NCBI GenBank assembly: GCA_000830295.1
Contig: CP010425.1
Coordinates: 928,001 to 992,000 of the forward strand
From: an archaeon GW2011_AR15
Lineage (GTDB): Archaea > Nanobdellota > Nanobdellia > Woesearchaeales > GW2011-AR15
Direction of reading: 5' to 3'
DNA: 64,000 nt
Shown here: positions 27,871 through 38,424 of the stretch, piece after piece
How the letters are laid out: each line of letters begins with the position of its first letter
Numbering within the stretch: position 1 is the first letter of the stretch
The notes under the pieces: model-generated
Told to the model about the DNA's origin: nothing
The model's database searches: none
Seen by the model: only the letters and a program-made list of their open reading frames with translations
Position numbers and translations under genes: made by a program

Positions 27871-30800
27871 CTATATCTTCAGGCTGACTACCTTGCTTAT
27901 CCCATGCTCGTTCATGGATACTCCATAAAGGTTGTCTGCCTCAGAAATAACATTGTCATTATGGCTGATTATTACATACTGGGCTTTTGATACATACTGC
28001 CTCACGAGCTGCGCCAGCTTCTCTGAATTTCTCTTGTCAAGGGCTGCATCAACCTCGTCCAGCACATAGAACGGAGCAGGTTCGTGGTCCTGGACAGCGA
28101 ACAGGAAGGCAAGTGCAGTCATTGTCTTTTCCCCGCCTGAAAGGCTCCTTATGTCCAGGAATTTTTTTCCTGTCAGCTTTACTTTTATGTTCAGCCCGCC
28201 TTCAAACACCGTCTCAGGCTCCTCAAGCTCCATTGTTGCCTCCCCCTTTGTTGAAAGCAGCGAGAATTTATTCTGGAAGTTCTTGTTTATCTGGTCATAT
28301 GTTTCCATGAACAGGTCCTTTTTCTTTGTCTCAATCTCATTCATCATCAGAAGGACATCATGCCTTTCTTTTACAAGCTTGGCTTTCTTCTCCACTACCT
28401 CATTATATTCCTTCTCAACAGCATCGTATATCTCCAGGGCTTTCATATTGACGGCTCCCATATCCTTTACCATCTTCTCGAATTCCCATATCTCTTTCTT
28501 TATCTGTTCAAAGTCCTTGTCCTTGTATATCTGGACGCCTTCATATTCCTTGTATTCTTCCCTGACCCCTTCAAGCTCTGCTGTTATCTTTGCATTGTCA
28601 AGCGAGATAACATTCCTCTTCTGCTCCTCATCCCTCCTGTCACTCTCTTTCTTGTATATCTTATTCTCCAGCTTATTGACTTCATCATTGACCGCATCCC
28701 TTTTCTTGAACAATCCCTTGAACTTTGAATAAAACTCTTTTTGGGTGCTTTCTTTCTCTTTCAGCTCTTTTTCATTGTTCTTTATCAGAGCCTCAAGCTT
28801 CTTAATCTCATTTCTGAAATCCAGCTCCTCTTTTTCATGCTGCTTTAATATTCTTCTGGTGTTTCCTTCTTCAGGCTCAAGTATTGTTGATATCTGGACA
28901 TCTATATTCTTCATATCAGCCTTTACCTGCATGATTTCCTCTTTTAGCTCTCCTTTCTTCTGCTCAAAGGTGTTGAGCTCTGCTAAAAGTGCAGGGTTCT
29001 TCAGGGCATTTATCCTGTCTCTCAATGCCTGCTTGCCTGATTTCACATTTGCAAGTTCCATGTTCGCCTTTGTTATGCCTGTATTAAGCTCCCTAAGCTC
29101 CTTGTCCATCTCCGTAACTTTTGATTCAAGCTCTTTTTTCTGGTTCTTTGTAATATCAAGGTCAGAATCCTCAAGATGTAGGGATTTTTCCAGCTTTATT
29201 ATTTCAGCCTCAAGCTCAGCTTTCAGGTGCCTAAGCCTTGTTATCTCAGCTTCATTGTCATTTTTCCTGCTTTCAAGGTTTGAGACAACAGCCTCAAGGT
29301 CCAGCTCTTCTTTTTCAAACTCCTCTATTTTGGCAGCAATCTCCTTCTCCTGGAATGCCTGGCCGGCAGCCTTTTTTCTGTATCCGCCGTGCATTGCTCC
29401 GCTCATCTCTGTAAGATCGCCGTCAAGTGTAACCATCCTGACCCTACCCACGCCTATTTTTCTTGCAGTGTCTATATCAGAGACAACAACAGTATTCCCG
29501 AAAACATATGAAAATGCGCTTTTGTATTTTGCATCAAACTTAACAAGGTCAATCGCCCTGCCCTTCACTCCTGACTCATTCAGGATTTTTGTTATTTCAG
29601 GGTTTGGTTTTGCTGACTTTATCTTGTTGAGAGGGAGGAAGCTCGCGCTGCCGAACTTGTTTGTCTTGAGATATTTTATGCACTCGGCAGCAATCTTGTC
29701 AGATTCAACAACAATGCTTTTCACTCTCGATCCTGCTGCAACCTCAAGTGCCACAGCATACTCTGAGCTTACCTGGCCGAGGTCTGAAATTGTTCCGTAT
29801 ATCCCTTTCAGCTTTTTCTTCAGCTCAAGGATTTTCTGGATTGCAATGTCCCTTGCATTATCCTTCATTCCCGACTGCTTTGCGCTCAGCCTTGCCAGCT
29901 CTTCTTTGGCTTTAAGCAGCCGCGAGCGAGCATTTGCAAGCTGGGCAGTTATTGAAGAATCGTCATTCAGCCTTTTGTTAAGCTCGAGAGTGGAGCTTTT
30001 GAATTCCTGCCTCTTCTGCTTCAGCGTGTCAAGGTCCTTGCTGTGCTCTTTCTTTATCTCAAGGACTTTGGTTATTTTTTCTTCAAATGTGCTTATCTGG
30101 TACTCATGCCTGTCCTTTTCCCTGAGAAGGTTCTGCTGTTTCTCTCTTAATGCATGTATCTCTGCCAGCTTTTCCTCTGCTTTTTTGTCAAGCTCTTCCA
30201 GCTCTTTTTCAAGGTTCTCTGAATCTTTCAGCTCGTGCTTTGATTTGAACTTCGCTATCTTCTCCTCAATTTCAGCCATCTGCTTTTCTTTGGCTGACGC
30301 AGATTTTTCCAACTCCTGCTTTTCTTTTTTCAGCCTTTCTATCTTTTCGCTCAATTCAGCGAATCCCTGCTCAAGCCCTGCTTTTCTTTCAGATATCTTC
30401 AGGAGACTGTCTTCAATAGAGCTTATCCTTGTCCTGCTGGTTCCTATAGAAACTCTCAGCTCTTCTATCTGCTTCTGTATCTCAACCTGGTCCTTATCGC
30501 CTTTTTTCTCTATCTCTTTGTTTATCTCCTCAATCTCTTTCTTCCTGTCTTCAAGCTCTTTCTTCAGCCCTGCTATTTCCCCCTCTATATTCTTTATCTC
30601 GTCTTCCTTCTTTTTTATGTCCCTGTCCAGCTGGTCTTTCTTTTTCTCTCTTGAAGACAGTTTATCATATGTCACACTCGCCTTGTTTCTCTTTATCTTG
30701 TCATCAAGCTCCCTGAATTTCATGGCCTGGTTTCTTTCCTTTTTCAGCTCTCTCAGATAAACATCTCTCTCAGCAAGTATGATATCCGATTCTTTCAGTT

Positions 30801-31362
30801 TTTCCTCGACCTTGTTGAGCTCATTTATAGCTCTCTGCTTTTTCTCTTCATATATGGATATTCCTGCAATCTCCTCTATTATTCTTCTTCTCTCAAGAAG
30901 AGACATCTCCACGATCCTTACGATATCTCCCTGCAGAATAATATTATACCCGTCGGGGTTGATTCTTGAATTTGTAAGAAGCTCGGCCACCTGGTTTCTT
31001 GTGACAGTTTCGTTGTTTATCCTGTAGGTGCTGCTTCCGGAAGCCTTTACAGTTCTTGAAAGCTTTATTTCTTCCTGCTCAAGAGGAAACACTTTGTCTT
31101 TATTGTCAAAATATATGGTGACTTCAGCGCTCTTGGCAGGGTTTTTTTTCTTTCCGCCGTTATATATCAGGTTGGCTGACTTTTCAGCCCTTAATGATTT
31201 GACAGAAGTCTTTCCAAGGACAAAGCACAGCGCATCAAGGACGTTTGATTTTCCTGAACCGTTCGGGCCAAGGACACAGTTGAACCCATCTCCAAGTATT
31301 ATTTCTGTCTTGTTCGCAAAGCTCTTGAACCCCTGCATCACAATCTTGTTTATCTTAGTCAA
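27871..31362 (-). CDS. smc: Chromosome segregation protein SMC
   Basis: GFKSF, GPNGSGKSN Walker A, hinge domain, LSGGEK signature, LDEVDAALD. Likely TTG start at 31362 after AAGGGG (the ORF track extends to 31392). Confidence 0.97.
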   Translation of the reverse strand: MTKINKIVMQGFKSFANKTEIILGDGFNCVLGPNGSGKSNVLDALCFVLGKTSVKSLRAEKSANLIYNGGKKKNPAKSAEVTIYFDNKDKVFPLEQEEIKLSRTVKASGSSTYRINNETVTRNQVAELLTNSRINPDGYNIILQGDIVRIVEMSLLERRRIIEEIAGISIYEEKKQRAINELNKVEEKLKESDIILAERDVYLRELKKERNQAMKFRELDDKIKRNKASVTYDKLSSREKKKDQLDRDIKKKEDEIKNIEGEIAGLKKELEDRKKEIEEINKEIEKKGDKDQVEIQKQIEELRVSIGTSRTRISSIEDSLLKISERKAGLEQGFAELSEKIERLKKEKQELEKSASAKEKQMAEIEEKIAKFKSKHELKDSENLEKELEELDKKAEEKLAEIHALREKQQNLLREKDRHEYQISTFEEKITKVLEIKKEHSKDLDTLKQKRQEFKSSTLELNKRLNDDSSITAQLANARSRLLKAKEELARLSAKQSGMKDNARDIAIQKILELKKKLKGIYGTISDLGQVSSEYAVALEVAAGSRVKSIVVESDKIAAECIKYLKTNKFGSASFLPLNKIKSAKPNPEITKILNESGVKGRAIDLVKFDAKYKSAFSYVFGNTVVVSDIDTARKIGVGRVRMVTLDGDLTEMSGAMHGGYRKKAAGQAFQEKEIAAKIEEFEKEELDLEAVVSNLESRKNDNEAEITRLRHLKAELEAEIIKLEKSLHLEDSDLDITKNQKKELESKVTEMDKELRELNTGITKANMELANVKSGKQALRDRINALKNPALLAELNTFEQKKGELKEEIMQVKADMKNIDVQISTILEPEEGNTRRILKQHEKEELDFRNEIKKLEALIKNNEKELKEKESTQKEFYSKFKGLFKKRDAVNDEVNKLENKIYKKESDRRDEEQKRNVISLDNAKITAELEGVREEYKEYEGVQIYKDKDFEQIKKEIWEFEKMVKDMGAVNMKALEIYDAVEKEYNEVVEKKAKLVKERHDVLLMMNEIETKKKDLFMETYDQINKNFQNKFSLLSTKGEATMELEEPETVFEGGLNIKVKLTGKKFLDIRSLSGGEKTMTALAFLFAVQDHEPAPFYVLDEVDAALDKRNSEKLAQLVRQYVSKAQYVIISHNDNVISEADNLYGVSMNEHGISKVVSLKI

Positions 31363-31455
31363 TGTCTGCCCCTTCGAGATTATATACGACAATATACAGA
31401 TAACTGTCTGTTTTTATACTTATTGGTCTGATTTTTATATTTTACTCTGGCAGAA

Positions 31456-32700
31456 TTATGTAAGCTGAGCCTCAATCCTCAGCAGCTGATTGTACTTCGC
31501 AACTCTTTCTCCCCTGCATGGCGCCCCTGCTTTTATCTGGCCGCAGCCAAGGCCGACAGCAAGGTCCGCTATAAAGGTATCCTCAGTCTCCCCGCTCCTG
31601 TGGCTTACCATAACCTTCCAGTTGTTTCCAAAAGCGAGCTTGGCTGCCTGTATTGCTTCAGTCACTGTGCCGATCTGGTTGATTTTCAGGAGAAGGGCAT
31701 TGCAGGCATTTTTTTCCAGAGCCAGCTTTATCCTTTCGATATTTGTGACAAGTAGGTCATCTCCGATAACAGTGACTCCTGCTTTTTTCATGAAATAGCT
31801 CCAGGATTCAAAATCATCTTCTGCAAATGGGTCCTCTATAGAGAGTATGGGGTATTTGACAAGAAGCTTCATATAATAGGCCGCAAGCTCTTTTCCGTCA
31901 AGCTCTTTCTGTCCTGCCTTTGCTTTGCTTCCAAGCACATATTTTCCTCCCCTGTAAAACTCAGATGCAGCGCAGTCCAGCGCAATTTTTATTTTTCCCC
32001 TGTATCCAGACTGCCTTATTGCTTCCTCTATAAGCAGCAGAGGGGCCTCGTTGTCTTTTATTGGAGGGGCAAATCCGCCTTCATCACCTACATTGACAGC
32101 ATCAATCCCATATCTCTCTTCCAGGATTTTTTTCAGGGCATGATAAACCTCTGAACCCATCATCAGGGCCTCTTTGAAATCTTCTGCTCCGACAGGAACA
32201 ATCATATACTCCTGTATGTCAAGGAGGTTGCCTGCATGCTTCCCTCCGTTTATTATATTGAAATATGGAATAGGCATTTTTGGGGTTGTCTCGGCAAGCT
32301 CGCTTAGATAATTATAGAGCTTCATGTTCTTTGCCTTTGCGCCTGCCCTGCAGACTGCCAGGCTCACAGCCAGCACTGCATTTGCACCAAGCTTTGCCTT
32401 ATTTGGGGTTGAATCAAGCCTTGTCATCAGTACATCTATGAATTGCTGCTGTGTAACATCAAGGCCTATAAGCTTCGGGGCAATCCTCATATTAATATTC
32501 TCAATCGCCCTTAAAACCCCTTTCCCTCTGTATCTTTTTCCTCCGTCACGGAGTTCAACAGCCTCATGCTTTCCTGTTGATGCCCCTGACGGCACAGCTG
32601 CCCTGACAGAAAATTCCTTAGTAAATAACTCAACCTCAACAGTAGGGTCTCCCCTGGAATCAAGGATTTCTCTTGGCACTATTCTTACAATTTCAGACAT
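31456..32700 (-). CDS. eno: Enolase
   Basis: [54 protein letters not shown]. Confidence 0.98.
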   Translation of the reverse strand: MSEIVRIVPREILDSRGDPTVEVELFTKEFSVRAAVPSGASTGKHEAVELRDGGKRYRGKGVLRAIENINMRIAPKLIGLDVTQQQFIDVLMTRLDSTPNKAKLGANAVLAVSLAVCRAGAKAKNMKLYNYLSELAETTPKMPIPYFNIINGGKHAGNLLDIQEYMIVPVGAEDFKEALMMGSEVYHALKKILEERYGIDAVNVGDEGGFAPPIKDNEAPLLLIEEAIRQSGYRGKIKIALDCAASEFYRGGKYVLGSKAKAGQKELDGKELAAYYMKLLVKYPILSIEDPFAEDDFESWSYFMKKAGVTVIGDDLLVTNIERIKLALEKNACNALLLKINQIGTVTEAIQAAKLAFGNNWKVMVSHRSGETEDTFIADLAVGLGCGQIKAGAPCRGERVAKYNQLLRIEAQLT

Positions 32701-32797
32701 GTTTCACCCCGTTATGTAAAGTAAAGCCCCCAGAATAAAAATATTTCTATAAACTTTATAAAGAACGTGGATTTCTTTTGTTTCAAGTACTAACAAT

Positions 32798-32962
32798 GCC
32801 ACGGTGGCACAATCTGGTACTGCGCAGGATTGGAATGCTAAAAAATCAAAGATTTTTGGCACATCAGAAACCTTTGGTTTCCAATGATCCTGTCCCTTTG
32901 GGATTCCCGGTTCAAAAGCCAAGGAGGTTAGTTCCTCCGGCATGAAATTCCGGGCCGTGGCG
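32798..32962 (+). tRNA. tRNA-Ser(GGA) with two introns (exons 32798-32835, 32887-32916, 32949-32962)
   Basis: Acceptor GCCACGG/CCGTGGC plus G73, anticodon stem CAGGA/TCCTG with loop TT-GGA-A^A, variable arm TCCC-TTT-GGGA, T-arm CCCGG-TTCAAA^T-CCGGG. Spliced length 82 nt, followed by a T-run. Confidence 0.9.
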
Positions 32963-33032
32963 TTTTTCTTCTCGTGAAAACTATAGCTTAACCAAAAAGC
33001 TTTTATATTTGAGAGTAAATGGTAATTTCAAT

Positions 33033-33659
33033 ATGTTTGATATGTTTAAGCGCCTGTTAGATAGCTTCTTTAACAGACTTTTTAAAGGGAAGAAGAAGGC
33101 TAAATTAGGGCTTTACGGGCCTCCAAACGGAGGCAAGACAACTCTGGCAAACAAAATATGCCAGGACTGGCTTGGCGAAGATATGGGAACGACTTCTCCG
33201 ATAGCCCATGAGACAAGAGAAATCCAGATAAAAGAACAGATAACAATAAAATCAAAGGGCAAGGAGCTTACATTTAACCTTGTGGATACTCCCGGGATTG
33301 CTACAAAGATTGATTACGAGGACTTCCTGAAATACATGGATGCCAAGTCAGCCAAGAAAAGGGCTAAGGAGGCAACAAAGGGAGTTATTGATGCCATAAA
33401 ATGGCTGGATGATATGGATGTTGTGATAGTTGTGCTTGATGCAACACTGGACCCTTACAGCCAGGTTAATATAACTATAATAGGCAACCTGCAGGCAAGG
33501 AACATACCTGTAATAATAGCTGCCAATAAGATTGACCTTAAGAAGGCAAGCATAAAAAGAATTGAATCAGCATTCCCACAGTACAAGGTTTTAGGGATAT
33601 CAGCCAAATTCGGCACGCATATGGATGAGTTTTACGAAGAATTAATTAAGGTTTCATAA
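33033..33659 (+). CDS. Era-like GTP-binding protein (OapA-like)
   Basis: GPPNGGKTT, HETR, DTPG, NKID, SAK. First gene of the conserved archaeal three-gene operon. Confidence 0.85.
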   Translation: MFDMFKRLLDSFFNRLFKGKKKAKLGLYGPPNGGKTTLANKICQDWLGEDMGTTSPIAHETREIQIKEQITIKSKGKELTFNLVDTPGIATKIDYEDFLKYMDAKSAKKRAKEATKGVIDAIKWLDDMDVVIVVLDATLDPYSQVNITIIGNLQARNIPVIIAANKIDLKKASIKRIESAFPQYKVLGISAKFGTHMDEFYEELIKVS

Positions 33660-33723
33660 AAAGAGGTTGAAAAACAATGGAGCATTCAGGGTTTGGTGTA
33701 TTGGCCATTGGGGGTCTTTGCTT

Positions 33724-34125
33724 ATGCTGACACTGGAATTTATACCGTATACGGAAATTGCAGGCCTTGACTCTGAGGCACGCATAAAGAAACTGATAAA
33801 TGTCGTGAAGCAGGAGAAGATAGTCCTTCTGGAAGGCAGGCTCAAGGAAGAGGAAGAAGGAGAACTGATAAAGAAAACAATGGAATCAATAAACGACAAG
33901 TTCACAGGAATTGAACTTGGGGTAATAAACCCTGCAGAAAATGATACTTCTTTTTATAAGATAGTGCAGACCATGCTTGCCAGGATTCTTCTTGGCAAAA
34001 GGGAAGGGTTTACAATAATCGGCCCTGCGAATGTAGTCAAGCAGATAAAAAAAGATCCAAATAAGATACAGCTGTTTACAAAAGACAGTACAAGAAGGAA
34101 GAAAAGAGCTTCTGGGAGAAAATAA
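33724..34125 (+). CDS. DUF2073 (OapB-like) protein
   Basis: KIVLLEGRL..EEE..LI..TM..I...F.GIE and GFTIIGPAN. Likely start MLTLEF at 33724. Confidence 0.8.
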   Translation: MLTLEFIPYTEIAGLDSEARIKKLINVVKQEKIVLLEGRLKEEEEGELIKKTMESINDKFTGIELGVINPAENDTSFYKIVQTMLARILLGKREGFTIIGPANVVKQIKKDPNKIQLFTKDSTRRKKRASGRK

Positions 34126-34506
34126 ATGCCTCACCAATGCGTAAGATGCGGAAAATTCTATGATGATGGCAGCAAAGAGATTATGTCAGGCTGCGACTGC
34201 GGGGGCAGATTATTCTTTTTTGTAAAGAAAGAAAGGCTTCAGGAGATTCAGGCGGCCCAGTATAAGCTTACAAAAAGCGAGAAGAAACAGATTGAGGAGG
34301 ATGTGTTTGACTTAATCGGGGTTTCAGACAGCCTGAGCAAACCTGTTATTCTTGATTTTGAGTCAATAAGGGTACTGAAACCAGGGAAATATGAGCTTGA
34401 CCTTGTAAACCTTTTCAGGGACAGGCCTTTGGTCTACAAGCTTGATGAAGGAAAGTATGTGATAGATTTGCCTGAAACATTTAAGACAGAGCTCAAAAAG
34501 AAATAA
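34126..34506 (+). CDS. Zn-ribbon DUF2072 (OapC-like) protein
   Basis: MPHQCVRCG..Y.DGS...SGC.CGG..F, ESIRVLKPGKYELDL. Confidence 0.85.
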   Translation: MPHQCVRCGKFYDDGSKEIMSGCDCGGRLFFFVKKERLQEIQAAQYKLTKSEKKQIEEDVFDLIGVSDSLSKPVILDFESIRVLKPGKYELDLVNLFRDRPLVYKLDEGKYVIDLPETFKTELKKK

Positions 34507-34511
34507 TTCTT

Positions 34512-37118
34512 CTAATTTTCATGCTTCATGTATTTCCATATTTCTATAAACACTGCCCCTGAGCTTGAAAGCAGGAGTATTGCGAGCAGTTCTGTGGTAT
34601 GGAGAGGGACAATCCCTATTATGCTTCCCAGAGCAGGGATAAACACCAATGCCCCGGTTATGGCCAGTGAAACAGCTACTGCTGCAATAAGCCATATGTT
34701 TTTGAAAATCCCGACCTTGAAGACAGGGTAGATGATTGACCTGCATGTAAAAGAAAGGTAGAGCTCAAACAGGCTTATTGTTACAAATGTCGCTGTCTGC
34801 GCCTTAAGCAGGTCGCCAGAACCAAAGTATATCCATGCGAATATAGACATGGCTACAATAGTCAGTATAATTGGTGCGTAGAGTATGAAAGGGGTAAGGT
34901 CTGCATAGATTGATTCATTCTTCTTCCTTGGCTTCCTGTTCATTGCATTAGGCTCAAATGGGTCAGCACTCAGGGCAACAGCAGGCAGGCCGTCTGTTAC
35001 AAGGTTTATAAGAAGTATCTGTGTTGCAGTCAGGATCAATGGCCAGCCAAGCAGGATTCCAAGTGTTATTATCAGGACCTCTCCTACATTCCCTGACATC
35101 AGCAGGCTAAAATATTTTCTTATGTTGTCATAAACTCCCCTGCCTTCTTCCACTGCATTGACTATACTGGTGAAATTGTCGTCTGTTAGTATCATATCAG
35201 AGGCTTCCTTGGCAACATCTGTGCCCGTTATCCCCATTGATATTCCTATATCAGAGGCTTTGAGGGCGGGTGCGTCATTGACGCCGTCTCCGGTCATGGC
35301 CACAACATGTCCCCTTTTTTTCAGGGCGCTTACAATATGCATCTTGTGCTCAGGGTCAACCCTTGCATAGACACCTATATTTTCAACCTCTTTCTCAAGA
35401 TCTATATCCTTGATTTCCGCTCCTGTTATAGCTTTCCCTTCTATCCCGAGCTCTTTTGCAATTGCCACAGCAGTCCCCCTGTAATCCCCTGTTATCATGA
35501 TGACCTTTATTCCTGCTGTTTTGCATTTCCTGATAGCTTCTTTTACTTCCTCTCTTGGCGGGTCAATCATTCCCTGCAGCCCGACAAAAGTCAGCCCTGA
35601 CTCATAATCTTTTCCTGAGACTTCCCTGTAGGCGAATCCCAGGACTCTCAAAGCCTGGGATGAAAACTCCTCATTTGCCTTCAGGACTTTTTTCTTTGAT
35701 ATATCATCAAGCTTCTTTACTCTGCCGTCTACTATTATACTGTCGCAGAGATTCAGGATTATGTCAGGAGCCCCTTTTACATAAGATACTTTTTTCCCTT
35801 CTATCTTGTGCACTGTAGTCATCCTCTTCCTTGTTGAGTCAAACAATATCTCATCGATTCTCGGATTTTCTCTTGAAAGGGCATGGTAATCTATGCCTGC
35901 CTTGCCTGCCGAGACAAGAAGGCATCCCTCAGTGGGGTCCCCCATAACAGAATATTTCCCGTCTTCAGACACAAGCTTGGCGTCATTATTGAGCGCTCCA
36001 ATTTCCAGAAGAAGGTCGAGGTCTTTTGTCTTTTCCGAAAACTTTCCTGAAGGCTCATAGCCTGAGCCTGAGACTTCAATTGTCTTCCCGTCAACATATA
36101 TCTTCCTGACAGTCATCTCGTTTTTTGTCAGGGTCCCTGTTTTGTCTGTGCATATGACATCGGTGCTTCCGAGAGTTTCAACAGAGGGAAGTTTTCTGAC
36201 AAGAGCATTTCTCTTTATCATTTTCCTCACTCCGAGGGCAAGCGATACAGTCACCACAACAGGGAGGCCTTCGGGTATTGCAGCCACAGCAAGGCTGGCA
36301 GCAGTCTCTATTGCAACCAGAAATGTTTCTTTCCTGAGGAAAAGAATTACAAACAGCACGCTGCATATTCCGAGGATAAGCTTTGTTAGGAATTTTCCGA
36401 GGTTTTCGAGCTTTATCTGAAGAGGGGTCATGGTTTCCTCAGCAGTCTCAATTAAAGTGGCAATTTTCCCGATTTCAGTTTTCATTCCTGTCCTGACAAC
36501 GATTGCCTCTGCCTTGCCTTCAGTGATGATAGTTCCTGAAAAGACCATATTTTTAATGTCGCCAAGCTGCAGCTCTCTTTTATAGGTAGCAATCTCTTTT
36601 TTTACAGGCAGTGATTCTCCTGTAAGGGAAGCTTCCTGGGCCTGGAGATTGTTCAGGCTGATGAGCCTTGCGTCAGCCGGCACCTTTGCCCCTGCATGCA
36701 GTATTATTATGTCCCCCGGCACAAGCTCCTCTGCATTTATCTCCTTTTCCTCACCGTCTCTTACCACAATGGCCTTTAGTGATGCCATTTTTTTCAGTGC
36801 CTCAATGGCCTTTTCTGCCTTGTATTCCTGTATGAACCCTATGACTGCGTTTGCCATAAGAATGGCCAGAATAACATAGAGGTCTATGGTCTCGCCGAGA
36901 ATCCCAGAGATTATGGCAGCCCCTATAAGCACCCAGATGACAGGGTCATTGAACTGCTGGAGAAATAATATAAAAGGATTTATTCCCTTTTTGCCTTCTA
37001 TCCTGTTATAGCCGTATTTCTCAAGCCTGGCTTTTGCTTCAGAAGCAGAGAGTCCTTTCTCTCCAGAGCCTAATTCCTTATAGATTTCCCCCAAATCCAC
37101 CCTGTAAAAGTCCATCAT
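34512..37118 (-). CDS. Cation-transporting P-type ATPase (type II, Ca2+-like)
   Basis: LTGES, PEGL, DKTGTLT, KGA, MITGD, TGDGVND, INLVTDG. Confidence 0.95.
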   Translation of the reverse strand: MMDFYRVDLGEIYKELGSGEKGLSASEAKARLEKYGYNRIEGKKGINPFILFLQQFNDPVIWVLIGAAIISGILGETIDLYVILAILMANAVIGFIQEYKAEKAIEALKKMASLKAIVVRDGEEKEINAEELVPGDIIILHAGAKVPADARLISLNNLQAQEASLTGESLPVKKEIATYKRELQLGDIKNMVFSGTIITEGKAEAIVVRTGMKTEIGKIATLIETAEETMTPLQIKLENLGKFLTKLILGICSVLFVILFLRKETFLVAIETAASLAVAAIPEGLPVVVTVSLALGVRKMIKRNALVRKLPSVETLGSTDVICTDKTGTLTKNEMTVRKIYVDGKTIEVSGSGYEPSGKFSEKTKDLDLLLEIGALNNDAKLVSEDGKYSVMGDPTEGCLLVSAGKAGIDYHALSRENPRIDEILFDSTRKRMTTVHKIEGKKVSYVKGAPDIILNLCDSIIVDGRVKKLDDISKKKVLKANEEFSSQALRVLGFAYREVSGKDYESGLTFVGLQGMIDPPREEVKEAIRKCKTAGIKVIMITGDYRGTAVAIAKELGIEGKAITGAEIKDIDLEKEVENIGVYARVDPEHKMHIVSALKKRGHVVAMTGDGVNDAPALKASDIGISMGITGTDVAKEASDMILTDDNFTSIVNAVEEGRGVYDNIRKYFSLLMSGNVGEVLIITLGILLGWPLILTATQILLINLVTDGLPAVALSADPFEPNAMNRKPRKKNESIYADLTPFILYAPIILTIVAMSIFAWIYFGSGDLLKAQTATFVTISLFELYLSFTCRSIIYPVFKVGIFKNIWLIAAVAVSLAITGALVFIPALGSIIGIVPLHTTELLAILLLSSSGAVFIEIWKYMKHEN

Positions 37119-37159
37119 TTTATAGGTTAAACCAGGTCATTTATATTTGTTTTTCTTTA

Positions 37160-38407
37160 TTAGTCGTTTTTTATTATCCTGTCAGGGCTTATGTCATTGT
37201 TCAGTGCATAGAACCCGGCATTTACGCTATCCTCAGCAATCTTGCAGTCACAGTTTGAGATAAGGTTGACAGGTATTGGATTCCCCACATAGCCTCTCTC
37301 AAGCAAGATTTTTCCTCTTCTTATCATTTCTGCAATCCCCTTTGCAAGTTTTTCCCCCCTGCCTGCTGACAGGCTGTACCACTGGCTGAATTTCAGATGG
37401 TTTTTTGACCAGTCAAAATTTCCGTAGCATATTTTTCCAGAGGTGTAGACAAATGGGTGCTTATACGGAACATTGAGCACTCTTGGGGGTTCAAGCACCA
37501 TGACTCTGTGCCCATCTGACCTTACAGGCATTCCAAGCTCAGCTTCTCTAAAATAATAATATCTGCTGTCTTTCTCTATTATATATGGCGGGACAGACAA
37601 GAGGACCATATATTCATCCATACCCAGCTTCCTTACTTTTATGCTTCCGTCTCCTTTTCCTGCAAATTTTTTATAGTTTTTCTGCATGTCTATCCCTTTT
37701 TCAACATTCTCTTTTTTTCTGTTTATGGCATCAAGGACATTAAGAAGCTTGTTTTCTTCTGCCATCATTTTTGATGAAATATGAGTCCTAAGGACTTCAT
37801 TATATTCCTCGCAGAGCTGCTTAAGGCTCTTATAAGGCTTGAGTGAATATTTCCTGCTGCTTACACGCAGGTGCTTTTTTCCTCCGTTATATTTTTCCAG
37901 GGAAAAAGTCTTTCCTTTATGTGCAGCAATCCCGGCTTTATTGCCAAAGAGGGAAGCTATATGATTTTTAGGTGCAAAATCTTCAGGCTTCGGCATGGCA
38001 AGGCTTATTTCCTGAAGGATATCAATTCCTGCTTTCCCTGTTCTGTGGTTATAGGCATTCAGCACATCAATCATTATGAATTTCTCAACTGAATAATCGG
38101 AAATAGAGAGGTAGGCATCTTCTGCTGATTTAAGCTGCCCCCTTAGTTTCTCTATATCTCCTATGATAAAATTAAATCCAGCCACAAGATAATCCGCAAA
38201 TTCTCTGTCTGCTCTGAAAAGCATTTTTTCAAGTTCTGAAACTTCCTCAGATTCATGAAGGGAAAATGTTCCTTCCTCCAGAGAGATATGCCTGCCTGTA
38301 TTTTCAGATTTATCGCCGAAAGTGTACAGCCTGTTATTGGCAACTGCAAAAGACTCCCCGGAATAATAAAAATTCTTTAGGAAATTCGGGACAGGTAGTT
38401 CTGCCAT
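37160..38407 (-). CDS. Hypothetical protein with a C-terminal E2/UBC-like motif
   Basis: 415-aa ORF. PPRV...HPFVYTSGKICYG resembles HPN(V/I)xxxGxICL. Confidence 0.55.
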   Translation of the reverse strand: MAELPVPNFLKNFYYSGESFAVANNRLYTFGDKSENTGRHISLEEGTFSLHESEEVSELEKMLFRADREFADYLVAGFNFIIGDIEKLRGQLKSAEDAYLSISDYSVEKFIMIDVLNAYNHRTGKAGIDILQEISLAMPKPEDFAPKNHIASLFGNKAGIAAHKGKTFSLEKYNGGKKHLRVSSRKYSLKPYKSLKQLCEEYNEVLRTHISSKMMAEENKLLNVLDAINRKKENVEKGIDMQKNYKKFAGKGDGSIKVRKLGMDEYMVLLSVPPYIIEKDSRYYYFREAELGMPVRSDGHRVMVLEPPRVLNVPYKHPFVYTSGKICYGNFDWSKNHLKFSQWYSLSAGRGEKLAKGIAEMIRRGKILLERGYVGNPIPVNLISNCDCKIAEDSVNAGFYALNNDISPDRIIKND

Positions 38408-38424
38408 TCTCTAATCCACATTCT

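Noticed and set aside
28745-30760. 671-aa plus-strand ORF
   Set aside because: It is a Ser/Phe/Leu-rich antisense mirror of the Lys/Glu-rich SMC coiled coil.
32704-32943. 79-aa minus-strand ORF upstream of eno
   Set aside because: It overlaps the two-intron tRNA-Ser on the opposite strand, and eno has its own SD.
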